Source: Escherichia phage IME08. Taken from it: DNA of 64,000 bases. The translations under genes and the position numbers were made by a program. Under the pieces are notes generated by a model. That model ran no database searches. It worked only from the letters and a program-made list of their open reading frames with translations, and was not told the origin of the DNA. Shown piece after piece: positions 43,479 through 54,862 of the stretch (positions are counted from its first letter, which is position 1; each line of letters begins with the position of its first letter). Location: sequence record NC_014260.1. The stretch is one strand, 5' to 3'.

Positions 43479-45220
43479 TGATTAACATGTCTGATAATGT
43501 AAGTTGGTTCGTCGGTGTAGTTGAAGACCGAATGGACCCACTCAAACAGGGTCGCGTGCGCGTACGTGTATGGGGTATGCATCCCTATGAAAAAGTACAG
43601 GGCCCTGTAAAAGGCCTTCGTACAGAAGATTTACCATGGATGTCGGTATTAATGCCTACATCTTCTGCCTCTGTTTCTGGTATACAAACCGCTATGACTG
43701 GTATGGTTCCAGGTACACAAGTTTATGGTCACTTTCTTGATAAGTGGAAACTAAACGGGCTTGTCCTCGGTACATACGGTTCTGCTTCAAAACAAAAAGC
43801 GAATCCTAATGAAGGTTTTAGTGACCCAACAGGCCAATATCCACTTTATTTAGGTAACGATGCCGCTGCACTAAACCGAGGTGGTGAAGTTGGATATGAT
43901 GCAACTTCTAACGTAATACAAGATGCAAACACTGATGTAGGTATTAATCCTGATGGTTTAGATTTAAGTCAAGTCAAGCCTGATGATAATCCCAATTTCA
44001 CAATAGAAAACATGCTTCATCGTGATGAGGGTCTTCGTCTTAAAGTATATTGGGACACCGAAGGATATCCAACTATAGGTATAGGCCACCTTATTACACC
44101 GCAACCTATTAGAGATATGAATCAGATAAACAAAATATTATCTAATCAGGTAGGACGGGAAGTTAAAGGTAACCCTGGTGCAATATCAATGGACGAGGCT
44201 TCTAAATTATTCCAAGAAGACCTTAAAAAAGTCCAAAACGATATAGGCAGGCATAGTGTTGTAGGTCCTGTTTACAATAAAGAAAACCGTTCAAGACAAA
44301 TGGCTCTTGAAAACATGGCTTTCCAAATGGGATTAGGTGGGCTTGCTAAATTCCGTGGAATGCTTAGTGCAATGTTAATAGGCGATTATAAAAAGGCATT
44401 TGAGGAAGCTCGTAATTCAGTATGGTTTAACCAAACTAAAGGCCGCGCATCAAGGGTGTCAATGATTATCCTTACAGGTAATATGGAATCGTACGGCATA
44501 ATGGCCCCTAAAGAAAGAGAATTTAAAGGGCGCTCATATAGAATGATTCAAACCTTTGCCGCTCCTACAAATTCAGACCCTGCCGACCCATGGACTCCAG
44601 AAGACACAAGGATTCTTTTTAAAGAACCCGATTCTAGTTATAAAGGCGAATATCCATATGTCCAAACCATGCAAACTGAAGGTGGACATGTCCAAGAATT
44701 TGATAACACCCCAGGTCAAGAACGTTATCGTTTAATCCATCCTACAGGTAGTTATGAAGAGGTTGCTCCTGACGGACGTAAAACTTCTAAGACGGTAGCC
44801 GATGGATATTATATGACCCAAGGCGATTCTAATACTTATGTTGGTGGTAATAATAAAGTCAACATAGGTGGTGATGAAACCTATTATAATATGGCAAACG
44901 TGCGCCGCCAAACTGACGGGTCCGAAAGCATCCATATTCGCGGTAATGAAACTAAAACTGTAGAAGGTGATGGAACCCTTATTGTTAAAGGAAACGTTAC
45001 GGTTATTGTCGAGGGTAATGCAGATATAACTGTTAAAGGTGATGCAAAAACATTAGTTGAAGGCAACCATGACTATACAGTAAATGGAAACGTTAAATGG
45101 TCGGTAAATGGAAACGTTGATATGACTGTTGCAGGCAATTGGTCCGAAACTATGTCAACCATGAGTTCTATCGCATCAGGTCAATATACTATTGATGGTT
45201 CGAGGATTGACATTGGCTAA
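43478..45220 (+). CDS. 5: Baseplate hub and tail lysozyme gp5 (cell-puncturing device)
   Basis: 580 aa (T4 575); internal lysozyme domain MLHRDEGLRLKVYWDTEGYPTIGIGHLI; C-terminal beta-helix octapeptide repeats (VEGNADITVKGDAKTLVEGNHDYTVNGNVK). Confidence 0.92.
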   Translation: MINMSDNVSWFVGVVEDRMDPLKQGRVRVRVWGMHPYEKVQGPVKGLRTEDLPWMSVLMPTSSASVSGIQTAMTGMVPGTQVYGHFLDKWKLNGLVLGTYGSASKQKANPNEGFSDPTGQYPLYLGNDAAALNRGGEVGYDATSNVIQDANTDVGINPDGLDLSQVKPDDNPNFTIENMLHRDEGLRLKVYWDTEGYPTIGIGHLITPQPIRDMNQINKILSNQVGREVKGNPGAISMDEASKLFQEDLKKVQNDIGRHSVVGPVYNKENRSRQMALENMAFQMGLGGLAKFRGMLSAMLIGDYKKAFEEARNSVWFNQTKGRASRVSMIILTGNMESYGIMAPKEREFKGRSYRMIQTFAAPTNSDPADPWTPEDTRILFKEPDSSYKGEYPYVQTMQTEGGHVQEFDNTPGQERYRLIHPTGSYEEVAPDGRKTSKTVADGYYMTQGDSNTYVGGNNKVNIGGDETYYNMANVRRQTDGSESIHIRGNETKTVEGDGTLIVKGNVTVIVEGNADITVKGDAKTLVEGNHDYTVNGNVKWSVNGNVDMTVAGNWSETMSTMSSIASGQYTIDGSRIDIG

Positions 45221-45230
45221 TATTTTACCT

Positions 45231-45752
45231 ATGAGCACAGATTTAGGAGACTCCATGGAAGGAGCCTCAATCGATGTTACGTTTACTGCTCAATTAGAAA
45301 CAAACGAAACATTAGTTGAAATAAATATAACAGAATATGAGCCTACAGAAGGCATTATTGTCGATGGAGCCCATTTATATGGAACCTACGAATCGGTATT
45401 TGGATTCTCTGAGGATGCATTAAAATACCGATTAGGAGATGAATTTAAAACTGCAGGCTCATGGAAAGATTTACCAGAGGACGAGAGCACTCAATTATAC
45501 CTCTGGAAAGCCCCTAGCAATCTCCAGAAGACGTTTTCTTACACAGTCACATTAACCTATGACTTTCAAGAAGAGTCATCAGGAGGTGATACAGGGAACT
45601 CAGGCGGTAGTAACTCTAGAGCTGGCGCAGAAACCGATCCACCTCCGGCTCCTGTAAGAAAAACCCTTACTAAGGTTTATACCAAGGTTATAGTGGGTAA
45701 TTGGAGCAAATGGGCTTCACAATTAAGAGAATACGTATATGCGAGGCCATAA
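45231..45752 (+). CDS. Hypothetical protein between genes 5 and 5.4 (5.1-like position)
   Basis: Track ORF 45192-45752; first Met after the gp5 stop taken as start; Ser/Gly/Thr-rich C-terminal half. Confidence 0.5.
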   Translation: MSTDLGDSMEGASIDVTFTAQLETNETLVEINITEYEPTEGIIVDGAHLYGTYESVFGFSEDALKYRLGDEFKTAGSWKDLPEDESTQLYLWKAPSNLQKTFSYTVTLTYDFQEESSGGDTGNSGGSNSRAGAETDPPPAPVRKTLTKVYTKVIVGNWSKWASQLREYVYARP

Positions 45753-46045
45753 TGTCAGGCTTAAGTTACAACCAATGCGTAACGGCAGGTCATGAAGCAT
45801 GGCCTCCTACAGTAATAAATGCCACCCAAGGTAAAGTATTTACAGGTGGTATTCCTGTATTAGTTGCAGGAGACCCTATTACAGAACATACAGAAATTAA
45901 AAAACCATATGAAACCCACGGTGGGGTAACCCAACCTAGAACATCAAAGGTATATGTTACAGGCAAAAAGGCTGTCCAGATGGCAGACCCTATTTCATGC
46001 GGAGATACAGTCGCACAAGCCTCATCCAAAGTATTCATAAAATAG
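45752..46045 (+). CDS. 5.4: PAAR-repeat spike tip protein gp5.4
   Basis: About 97 aa from [21 protein letters not shown]; ATGA overlap with the upstream stop; size and position as T4 gp5.4. Confidence 0.6.
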   Translation: MSGLSYNQCVTAGHEAWPPTVINATQGKVFTGGIPVLVAGDPITEHTEIKKPYETHGGVTQPRTSKVYVTGKKAVQMADPISCGDTVAQASSKVFIK

Positions 46046-46053
46046 GAATTAAA

Positions 46054-48012
46054 ATGGCTACTCCTACGAATTACCAATTAACAAGAACCGTTAACGCTAT
46101 CCCAAAAGTATTTGTGGGAGCTACGTTTGAAGAAATTAAAAAGAATATTATAGACTGGCTTTCTAGCCAGGACGAATTTAAGGATTATGATTTCGTTGGT
46201 TCTCGAATGAATATCCTTATTGATATGCTTGCTTATAATACCCTTTATATGCAACAATTTGCTAACACAGCTTTATACGAATCTTTTATAGGAACAGCAA
46301 ACCTTCGTTCTTCGGTTGTCCAGGCGGCACAAGATAATGGTTATCTTCCTAGTTCTAAATCAGCAGCAAAAACTACCGTAATGCTTACGTGTACTCAGGC
46401 CCTTAATGAAAAGAATATTCGTATTCCAAGAGGCACTAAATTCCTGGCTTATGCCCGTGATACATCCGCCGACCCGTATTCTTTTGTGACCACTGATAAC
46501 GTTATTGCAGTGCGTGATGTTAATAACCAATATTGGCCTATTGTTTCTCTGGCTCAAGGACGTATTATTCGTACCGAACTTAAATACGATCCTAAAACTC
46601 CTATTCTTATTCGTGACCAGGATATTGATAGACAAGAAGTTAAACTTTATGTTGATGGCGCGGAATGGATTAACTGGACCAATAAATCAATGGTTCACGC
46701 TGGTAGCACCTCGACAATTTATTATATGCGTGAAACCGTAGATGGTAATACTGAATTCTTCTTTGGTGAGGGTGAAGCCGAGAAATCTGTTGCGGGTGGA
46801 GTATTAGAAGCTAATTATATCGGCGGTCTAAAACCTGTTAAAGATTCTACCATTGTTATAGAATACCTTCGTACAGACGGTGAAGTTGCAAACGGTGCGG
46901 TTGACTTCAGTTATGCCGACTCCTTGGCTTATATTACTGTAGAAAAAATTACTGAAAACTATAACGATGACCCTGATTATGTTGGTGCCGATGGTGGTGG
47001 TGACCCTGAAGATATTGAACGTATTCGCGAATTGGCTGTAGTTAAGCGCGAAGCCCAGATGCGTGCTGTAACAGGAACCGACTACGATACATTCGTGTCC
47101 GAACGTTTTGGTTCTATTGTACAAGCAGTACAAACCTTTACAGACCCAAATAAGCCGGGTTATGCTTTTGTCACCATTAAACCTAAATCAGGGCTATATT
47201 TGACAGCAGTCCAACGTGAAGATATCCAAGACTACCTAAAAGAATTTAACTTGGCCCCTATTACCGCTTCTGTTATTTCTCCTGATTATTTGTTCTTAAA
47301 GCATAAAATTAAGGTGTCGTATGCCTTGAATAAATTACAGGAATCTGAACAGTGGTTATCGGCTCAAATTCTTTCTCAGATAGACCGTTATTATATTAAC
47401 GAAGTGGAAATTTTTAACCATGGGTTCGCTAAGTCAAAAATGCTGACTTATATTGATAATGCCGACCATAGTATTTTAGGCTCCTCTGCTACTATAACAA
47501 TGGTTCGTGAGGTATTGAACTTTTTCAAAACCCCTGAATCAGGTATTAAATACTATAATCAATACACTAACCGTTCTGTGGTTTCTAGTGAATTTGAGTT
47601 TGTCCCTACTATCGTTTCTGAAGACAGTCCGGCATATAATGTCAGAATTGCCGCTACAGATAAAGACGAACGTGGTGATGGTAAAATTGTTATTGGGCCA
47701 TTCCGTCCAGGAGATGTAATTGAAAACCAATATATTAAACCATATACAGGAAATGACTTTGATAAAATGCCTGCTCCTGCAGACCAATCCGTTTATTACG
47801 TTATAGGTGAAATTGATTATTATTCAGATTTCATTTTCTGGGACATTGCGGCTATCGGTTTAACGTCCGATCGTTTTGAAGTTCAATCTATAGAACTTTA
47901 TGCGGGACCCGACCAAGACAACATCTTTACAAAAGACGGTTCGTTAATCGTATTTGAAGATGACCTCCGCCCTCAATACACGACCATTGAATTAGAACCT
48001 ATTACAATATAA
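46054..48012 (+). CDS. 6: Baseplate wedge protein gp6
   Basis: Start MATPTNYQLTRTVNAIPKVFVGATFEEIK matches T4 gp6 N-terminus; about 652 aa (T4 660). Confidence 0.9.
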   Translation: MATPTNYQLTRTVNAIPKVFVGATFEEIKKNIIDWLSSQDEFKDYDFVGSRMNILIDMLAYNTLYMQQFANTALYESFIGTANLRSSVVQAAQDNGYLPSSKSAAKTTVMLTCTQALNEKNIRIPRGTKFLAYARDTSADPYSFVTTDNVIAVRDVNNQYWPIVSLAQGRIIRTELKYDPKTPILIRDQDIDRQEVKLYVDGAEWINWTNKSMVHAGSTSTIYYMRETVDGNTEFFFGEGEAEKSVAGGVLEANYIGGLKPVKDSTIVIEYLRTDGEVANGAVDFSYADSLAYITVEKITENYNDDPDYVGADGGGDPEDIERIRELAVVKREAQMRAVTGTDYDTFVSERFGSIVQAVQTFTDPNKPGYAFVTIKPKSGLYLTAVQREDIQDYLKEFNLAPITASVISPDYLFLKHKIKVSYALNKLQESEQWLSAQILSQIDRYYINEVEIFNHGFAKSKMLTYIDNADHSILGSSATITMVREVLNFFKTPESGIKYYNQYTNRSVVSSEFEFVPTIVSEDSPAYNVRIAATDKDERGDGKIVIGPFRPGDVIENQYIKPYTGNDFDKMPAPADQSVYYVIGEIDYYSDFIFWDIAAIGLTSDRFEVQSIELYAGPDQDNIFTKDGSLIVFEDDLRPQYTTIELEPITI

Positions 48013-48040
48013 GCCTCTTAGGAGGCTTTGAGGAGATTTA

Positions 48041-51000
48041 ATGTCTGTGCAAGCGCCTTCCGTTACTAGTTTGAGAATCGATAAACTCTCGGCTAACCAT
48101 GTAAGTATTCTTTGGGATGACGTAGGCGCCAATTTCTATTATTTCGTAGAACTGGCCCAAACCAAGGATGCGGGTGAATCTATACCCGATGATAAGTTAT
48201 TTTGGAGAAATTTAGGTTACACCCCGAACAATAACTGGTTCGAAGAAAGATTTATTTCTCCTAATTCGTTTTATAAAATGCGTGTCGCTGTAGCTGCTCA
48301 AGGATTTGAACAATCTGACTGGGTTTATACAGAAGAATTCGAGACATTTTCTACTAACGCATATACCTTCGAGCATATGCGTGAATTCACTTTATCCAAT
48401 AAATTCATTGAAGAAAAATTTACCAAAAATAACCAGAGTTACGTGGATTTTAATAGTGATGCCATTATGGCTTCTATGATGACCGAAGATTTTACTTGGA
48501 CTCCGGCATATTCACACCTTTCTTCAATTTCCAATTATGTATTAAAGGCCGACCGCTTCCACGAGATTCAAGGAAGTATCCAAGCCGTTTGTAAAGACCC
48601 TAATCGTTCTATTTTAATGGAGCTTGGTGGCGTACTTTACCTTTTAGAAAGATTCCAGAACACCGCTAAGGTATCTAACGATAAGGCCCAGAACTGGCAT
48701 TATATCCGTTTGTTTAATGATAGAGTAGGTAATCCGGTTTCACGTACGGCTCATTATCAAACAGATACAACAACTTATGTTCTAGGTTATGACCGTATAT
48801 TTTACGGACGTAAATCGAGTGATATTCGTTGGTCGGCTGATGATGTACGTTTTAGCTCACAAGACGTGACATTTGCCAAAATTGGTAGTGATATCGACCT
48901 GGACTTCGAAATTGAAATTTTTGGTTCTTATGCGCGTTTACCATTAGCTATTTCTACTATCGCAGAAGCTATGTGTGCTTCGGATGATTTTATTTACGTT
49001 GCGGCTCGTGACAGAGTTTATAAAGCAAAAACTACTGATGCCCCTATTGATACCGACCCGGGTTCTCCTACTTATGGTGAAAAAATATTTGAAAGCGGAT
49101 ATTCGACTATAACCGGTAACCCTAAAGCAGTTTGTTATAAATTGGATTCTATCCAAGGAAATACCTTTGCCTTAATTACGGGTGAAGTTAAAGAAGAAAG
49201 AATGGACCCTACTAAAGAAGAAAACGTGGTTGATTCTGAATCTAAAGGTGTTTATTGGTTGGATGTCGAAACTGATACATGGACCCGAGTATTTGGTAAT
49301 ACTGAAGAAGAGAGACGTCGTATTGAGCATGGCTATACTAGCATGTCTACCGATGGCGAAGAAATATTCTTTAGCTCAAGTAACTTCAAATATGAAGTAG
49401 AAGTTGATAACGAATTACCTTTGGAATACCCTATTGTGGCCTCAGCGGTAAAATACGTTAAGGACGAACAGTGGATTCACGATAAACATTATCTGATGAT
49501 GAGCTTTAGAGCTAACAGTAAATCAGATTTTAAAGAATTCAAACCAGGTCGAATGGCCTATTATGCTGAACCATTCTTTAGTTGGTCTAGACGAGATGGG
49601 ACCCGTTCTTGGATTACCACAAGTAATCATGCAATGGTTGTTTATAACGACGCATTGTATCAGAAAATTATTGATTTAAACAGCGGTTCTTCTCCTGAAC
49701 GTATTATTCGCGAAATTTGGGATAAAGGCTTTTGTACCGTAACATGTCCTAACATCGAATTCAATGGATTTAAAAAATACTCTTCAGGTATAATGATTCA
49801 CAAATCATCAGGTGAATTGGTTGGATATTTCGAGTTCGACTACCGAGTTCGAGATGAAGTTAGAATAATTTGGAAGCCTAAAGAAATAATGTTTACGGCT
49901 GAACTTCAAAACCAAGAGCATGAAATTCCATGGACCCCTAAAGAGGAAACCGGTGAACAAGACCCAGATTTGCGTCCTTTATTGGTTAAAATGGTTCCTG
50001 ATAGTTATTTGCTTCAAGATTCTAACTTTGAAAAATTCTGCGAATATTATCTCCAGTTTATTAGTGATGGCTCCGGCACTCATTATAATAATCTATTAAA
50101 TCTTATTCGTAACCAATACCCTAGAGAAGAAGATGCGTGGGAATACTTATGGTCTGAAATCTATAAACGCAATATCTATTTGTCTAAAGAAAAACGCGAC
50201 GAAGTAGTTCGTTTCTTCCAAGCAAGACAATCGGATTTCTGGTCTACAAAAGGTACTGAAGCTTCATATAAATTCCTGTTTAAATTGCTTTATAACGAAG
50301 ACGTTGAAATTGACATCGAGTCCAAGAACTCGATTGAATATGATATCATCGTAGAATCCGACAATATCAGTGAAGATATCGTAGGTCAAACGATTTATAC
50401 CCCTACAGGAAGAAGTAATGTTACTTATATAGAACGAAATTACAAAGATGGTAAATTGCAATGGCGTTTAACCATCCACAATCTTTTAGGCCGTTTTATA
50501 GTCGGACAAGAGATTAAATCTGAACGCACCTCATTTAAAGGTATGATAGTGCAGGGTGTACGCGGTAAAGAATTGTTAAGTAACAATATCGATTATATTA
50601 ACCGTAACCGTTCTTATTATGTTATGACTATTAAATCCAACCTCCCTACTTCTCGATATCGTAATGACGTGTTGAGATTTGTTCACCCTGTAGGATTTGG
50701 TTTTATAGGGATTACGTTGCTTTCTATGTTTGTTAATGTTGGTTTGACATTAAAGCACACGGAAACCATTATTAATATACTTAAGAACTATAAGTGGGAC
50801 TCAGGTCTTCCGTCCGAGTGGTACGATAGAGTTGCTGTAATCGGATTTGATGGTAATATAGAAAGAGACCCTAGAACAGGACTTCCGGTTTATAACGTTG
50901 GACCTAAAGCAGGCGAACCGTTCCCTATTCCTGATGGTTATGATGCAGAAAATGATTTCTCTGTATTCCAAGGTCAATTACCTCATGAACGTATTAAAAA

Positions 51001-51133
51001 GCATAGTCCTTTATTTGACCAAAGTGCAGTAACATTTTCAAAATGGCGTGCTTTAGTTGATGACAGACTTAAAGCTGATATTGGAAACCCTAGAGACCCG
51101 CAAGACCCAACTCAGGTAAAAATTGATGATTAA
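48041..51133 (+). CDS. 7: Baseplate wedge protein gp7
   Basis: 1030 aa (T4 gp7 1032), synteny between 6 and 8. Confidence 0.88.
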   Translation: MSVQAPSVTSLRIDKLSANHVSILWDDVGANFYYFVELAQTKDAGESIPDDKLFWRNLGYTPNNNWFEERFISPNSFYKMRVAVAAQGFEQSDWVYTEEFETFSTNAYTFEHMREFTLSNKFIEEKFTKNNQSYVDFNSDAIMASMMTEDFTWTPAYSHLSSISNYVLKADRFHEIQGSIQAVCKDPNRSILMELGGVLYLLERFQNTAKVSNDKAQNWHYIRLFNDRVGNPVSRTAHYQTDTTTYVLGYDRIFYGRKSSDIRWSADDVRFSSQDVTFAKIGSDIDLDFEIEIFGSYARLPLAISTIAEAMCASDDFIYVAARDRVYKAKTTDAPIDTDPGSPTYGEKIFESGYSTITGNPKAVCYKLDSIQGNTFALITGEVKEERMDPTKEENVVDSESKGVYWLDVETDTWTRVFGNTEEERRRIEHGYTSMSTDGEEIFFSSSNFKYEVEVDNELPLEYPIVASAVKYVKDEQWIHDKHYLMMSFRANSKSDFKEFKPGRMAYYAEPFFSWSRRDGTRSWITTSNHAMVVYNDALYQKIIDLNSGSSPERIIREIWDKGFCTVTCPNIEFNGFKKYSSGIMIHKSSGELVGYFEFDYRVRDEVRIIWKPKEIMFTAELQNQEHEIPWTPKEETGEQDPDLRPLLVKMVPDSYLLQDSNFEKFCEYYLQFISDGSGTHYNNLLNLIRNQYPREEDAWEYLWSEIYKRNIYLSKEKRDEVVRFFQARQSDFWSTKGTEASYKFLFKLLYNEDVEIDIESKNSIEYDIIVESDNISEDIVGQTIYTPTGRSNVTYIERNYKDGKLQWRLTIHNLLGRFIVGQEIKSERTSFKGMIVQGVRGKELLSNNIDYINRNRSYYVMTIKSNLPTSRYRNDVLRFVHPVGFGFIGITLLSMFVNVGLTLKHTETIINILKNYKWDSGLPSEWYDRVAVIGFDGNIERDPRTGLPVYNVGPKAGEPFPIPDGYDAENDFSVFQGQLPHERIKKHSPLFDQSAVTFSKWRALVDDRLKADIGNPRDPQDPTQVKIDD

Positions 51134-52130
51134 TTCAACAGTAATATACCGTTCTATTGTTACTTCTAAATTTAGAACGGAAAAGATGTATAACTTTTAC
51201 AGAACAATCGGTGATGGTGAAGACCAGAACACAATGTATGTATCTTTCGGGAGAGCCCAACCATGGGCTCCTAACGAAAACGACCCAGGCTTTGCTCCAC
51301 CTTATCCTGTAGATGATTCTGAGGGCGTAGAAGACGTCTGGACAAACATGATGGGTTGTGTTAAGGTTTATAAGAGTATGTTGGATTGTGTTGTTCCTCG
51401 CAAAGACTGGGGCGATACCTCTTATCCTAACCCTTTCACTTTCCAAATCGGTGAAATTGTAGTGGCTAACAGCCAACCTCAAAACCGTACTGATGTTGGT
51501 GCAGGTTGGATGGTTTATCGTTGTGTAGACGTGCCTGAATCAGGAGCATGTTCTATTTTGTCCCTTGATAATAAAACCGAGTGTATTAAACTTGGTGGTA
51601 AATGGACTGCTAACGTTCCTTCAGTTAAAGCCCCGGCCGGACAAGGCGATACGGAAGGTATGGTAGACACCGGTGACGGTTACCTTTGGGAATATCTTTA
51701 TGAGATTCCACCTGATGTAAGTATCAACCGTTGCACTAACGAATATATTGTAGTACCATGGCCAGAAGAAATTGCCGAAGACCCTGAACGTTGGGGATAC
51801 GAGAATAACCTTACTTGGCAGCAAGACGATTATGGATTAATTTATCGTATTAAAGGCAATACTATTCGTTTTAAAGCATTCTTGGATTCGGTTTATTTCC
51901 CTGAATTTAGTCTGCCTGGTAACAAAGGGTTTAGACAGCTTTCGATAATTTCTAACCCGTTAGAAGCTAAAGCTCACCCATCCGATCCGATCATTAAAGC
52001 TGAAAAAGAGTACTATGATGTTATAGACCTCTCCCGCCATTCAGGTGAAATGATTTATATGGAAAACCGTCCTCCGGTTATTCGTTCCATGGACCAAACA
52101 GAAGAAATTAACATTATCTTCGAATTCTAA
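51123..52130 (+). CDS. 8: Baseplate wedge protein gp8
   Basis: 335 aa (T4 334); VIYRSIVTSKFRTEKMYNFY and CTNEYIVVPWPEE match T4 gp8. Confidence 0.9.
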   Translation: MMINSTVIYRSIVTSKFRTEKMYNFYRTIGDGEDQNTMYVSFGRAQPWAPNENDPGFAPPYPVDDSEGVEDVWTNMMGCVKVYKSMLDCVVPRKDWGDTSYPNPFTFQIGEIVVANSQPQNRTDVGAGWMVYRCVDVPESGACSILSLDNKTECIKLGGKWTANVPSVKAPAGQGDTEGMVDTGDGYLWEYLYEIPPDVSINRCTNEYIVVPWPEEIAEDPERWGYENNLTWQQDDYGLIYRIKGNTIRFKAFLDSVYFPEFSLPGNKGFRQLSIISNPLEAKAHPSDPIIKAEKEYYDVIDLSRHSGEMIYMENRPPVIRSMDQTEEINIIFEF

Positions 52131-52133
52131 TAA

Positions 52134-52150
52134 GGGCCGCAAGGCCCTTT
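52134..52150 (+). promoter_or_regulatory. GNRA-tetraloop hairpin after gene 8
   Basis: GGGCC-GCAA-GGCCC followed by TTTCGGGGG; weak U-run, possible RNA end/stability element. Confidence 0.35.
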
Positions 52151-52156
52151 CGGGGG

Positions 52157-52164
52157 TATAAATA
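52157..52164 (+). promoter_or_regulatory. Late promoter (TATAAATA) for gene 9
   Basis: Plus-strand TATAAATA 27 nt upstream of the gene 9 ATG. Confidence 0.6.
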
Positions 52165-52190
52165 CATTATATCAATAATGAGGCATACCT

Positions 52191-53051
52191 ATGATTAAGC
52201 AAACTGGTAAGTTACTAATTGACGTCGGTGAGATTGGTAATGCCAGCACCGGCGACATCTTATATGACGGCGGTGTTAAACTGAACACCGACTTAAACAA
52301 CATCTATAATACTTTTGGTGACCAACGTAAAGCAGCCCTTACAGGTGAAACTACCGGTCAGAAATTACATGCCACTGGATACTATCAAAAATTCGGCGAT
52401 ACTGACCAAGCGGGTTCTGTTGACCTTGGCTCTTTGGTTGATATTGATGCCTCTACAGGTTCTATAGTTTTGACAACTGTAAAAGGAGCTGTGGGTGAAG
52501 GTATTGAAATAATTAACTCTAACGGAAGCATTTCAGCTACTAACTATCTTGAAATCCGTATATTGGATTCATTTTTAAATCACCCTACATCAACCCTAAG
52601 AATAGTAACTCCTTATACTCGAGTTCTGTTGTGGTGTGTAAGTGATATAAACGGTATAGCTGTATGGGATTATTCTATTGAGAGTATGTTTGGTGATAAG
52701 CGAGTACCATTAAATAGAACATATAATATTTCTAACGTACCTAGAGATATCCCAGTGGTTTTTTCAGGCCAATATTCTTTGGTTAAGCTTTTAGTTACGG
52801 CAGTAAATGCCAATGAAACCATTTATAAAGCTTCTGAATATCTTTTGTTTATGGATAACCAAGCTAAAAAAATATATTCTACAGAATACGCTGTTATCCG
52901 TCGTGGTCAGGCCACTGATGAAGACGAAATTTACAAACTCGATTTTAAATTTGATGCAACTAACTATATAGTGGCTACGGCATCATCTGAAATCCCTATG
53001 AGATTGGCAATTAAAGTCGTAGATACCCAAACTATTGGAGTCCCAGTATAA
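52191..53051 (+). CDS. 9: Baseplate wedge / long tail fibre socket protein gp9
   Basis: 286 aa (T4 288), synteny. Confidence 0.85.
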   Translation: MIKQTGKLLIDVGEIGNASTGDILYDGGVKLNTDLNNIYNTFGDQRKAALTGETTGQKLHATGYYQKFGDTDQAGSVDLGSLVDIDASTGSIVLTTVKGAVGEGIEIINSNGSISATNYLEIRILDSFLNHPTSTLRIVTPYTRVLLWCVSDINGIAVWDYSIESMFGDKRVPLNRTYNISNVPRDIPVVFSGQYSLVKLLVTAVNANETIYKASEYLLFMDNQAKKIYSTEYAVIRRGQATDEDEIYKLDFKFDATNYIVATASSEIPMRLAIKVVDTQTIGVPV

Positions 53052-54862
53052 TGAAACAAGAATTAAAAATCGGCCAGGCCGTTGACGATGGCTCCGGAGA
53101 TTACCTGCGCGCAGGTGGTCTAAAAATCAATAATAACTTTAATGAGTTATATTATCAATTAGGTGATGGAGATAATCCACATGCGGCCGGTGCCTGGAAA
53201 CAATATTCTACTGCAGACGGTCCTTTACTTAATGCCGTTATGGGTCATAGCTACACATTGAATACCCAAGGTGGAAGGATTAACGTTCAACTTCCTAAAG
53301 GCACCCCATCAGAATACAACTTTGTAATTCGTTTACGTGACGTTTATTCTTCTTGGCAAGCTAACCCTGTAACGATTATACCTGCTCCAGGTGATACAAT
53401 TAAAGGTTCTGCTGTACAGGTTGAAATAGCACGTAACTTTGCTGACCTTGAACTTGTTTACTGTGCTCCAGGACGTTGGGAATATGTTGAGAACAAACAA
53501 GTTAACCGTATCCCAAATAACGACCTCGCTACTGTAGCAACTAAACAGTTTATTGCCACTGAAGGTCAAACTGATTTCTTGGATATTTTCCCAGGTCTAA
53601 CCTATAATATTTCAAGTCTTAGCGTTATCCAACGTGGTAACACCTTGTTTTATGGTGTAGACGATATATTTGATGAAGCTACTTCCGAGTTTGGTAGCCC
53701 AGGTGCAAACCCAGGCGAATTGGTTGAATTGAACGGTAAAGATATCCGTTTGAAATATCCTTGTGAAGCTGGTGATACGGTAATTATTAAATCGTATAAC
53801 GATGGATTGGCCCAATGGCGTAGTTCTTATAACCGTCGTGATATTACCATTTTAGATAAAACCTTGACCCATGAAACCACAGTTAATGGTTCTAAAGTAG
53901 TATTAGACCTTTCTACCGTACAGACTATTACATCAGCAGAATTAAACGTTTCTCCTACAAGCCCTATTAACCCTAATGCTTGTCAGGTAATGCTTAACAG
54001 TACTTTATTGCACCAAGCTGGTACTGCCGGATTCCCTGCTTTCTATTGTGAAGGTGTTGATACGGATGATGCAGGCCTTTGTGCAGATTCAGGTGGTGTA
54101 TGGACCCAATCCAAATCTGATTATATTTTGAATATAGCAGATGATGACAAAATCGAGTCATTTGAATTTGGACGTAAACTGGAACATGGCGATATCCTTA
54201 CTGTAATTTGGTATAATAACGATATCGGTACCACTATGACTATTGATGAGATTTTAGATACAACAAACGATATCTATATTTCTCAAGGTCCTTCGGTATC
54301 TTTGACTGGCCAGGTTCGTATTACTGATGTGGATAATCCATTTTCTCCTAACTTTGAACCTGTAGCAGAATCTGAAGTTTCTATTAATACGGCCGCAGTG
54401 ATGTTTGATTTGTTCCACCCTATTGGAACCATTTATGAGAACACAGTGAACCCTAATAACCCTGCAACTTATATGGGTATGGGTAGTTGGAAACGATTGT
54501 CAGATAGTTTCCTTGTAGGTTGGTCTCCGGATGCCGATTCATTGTTCAATGCAAACAATAATGATTTAGATTCTTCTGGTATTCCTAAATCCACTGCCGG
54601 CGGAACAGGTGGTTCTCATAATATTTCCATTAAATATGAAAACGTTCCTGAACTTAATACAGATGACAAGGTATTAGTTGCTGATGATAACGGTCCTATT
54701 GTTATTGGTGGATGTTTGGTAGACCCGGATGCCCAAGGCCCTGCTTATACAAAATATCGTGAAGATAAAGCTACGATAAACAAGCAGCAATCTACAACGC
54801 CTATTCCTATTGATACTTTGCCTCCATATACAACCGTTTATCGCTGGGTGAGGATTGCGTAA
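53051..54862 (+). CDS. 10: Baseplate wedge tail-pin protein gp10
   Basis: 603 aa (T4 602), synteny, ATGA overlap with gene 9. Confidence 0.85.
   Translation: MKQELKIGQAVDDGSGDYLRAGGLKINNNFNELYYQLGDGDNPHAAGAWKQYSTADGPLLNAVMGHSYTLNTQGGRINVQLPKGTPSEYNFVIRLRDVYSSWQANPVTIIPAPGDTIKGSAVQVEIARNFADLELVYCAPGRWEYVENKQVNRIPNNDLATVATKQFIATEGQTDFLDIFPGLTYNISSLSVIQRGNTLFYGVDDIFDEATSEFGSPGANPGELVELNGKDIRLKYPCEAGDTVIIKSYNDGLAQWRSSYNRRDITILDKTLTHETTVNGSKVVLDLSTVQTITSAELNVSPTSPINPNACQVMLNSTLLHQAGTAGFPAFYCEGVDTDDAGLCADSGGVWTQSKSDYILNIADDDKIESFEFGRKLEHGDILTVIWYNNDIGTTMTIDEILDTTNDIYISQGPSVSLTGQVRITDVDNPFSPNFEPVAESEVSINTAAVMFDLFHPIGTIYENTVNPNNPATYMGMGSWKRLSDSFLVGWSPDADSLFNANNNDLDSSGIPKSTAGGTGGSHNISIKYENVPELNTDDKVLVADDNGPIVIGGCLVDPDAQGPAYTKYREDKATINKQQSTTPIPIDTLPPYTTVYRWVRIA

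Noticed and set aside
43116-47787. Short minus-strand ORFs inside gp53, gp5 and gp6 (43116-43334, 44732-45066, 46360-46635, 46828-47133, 47539-47787)
   Set aside because: Antisense to conserved baseplate genes; low-complexity translations.
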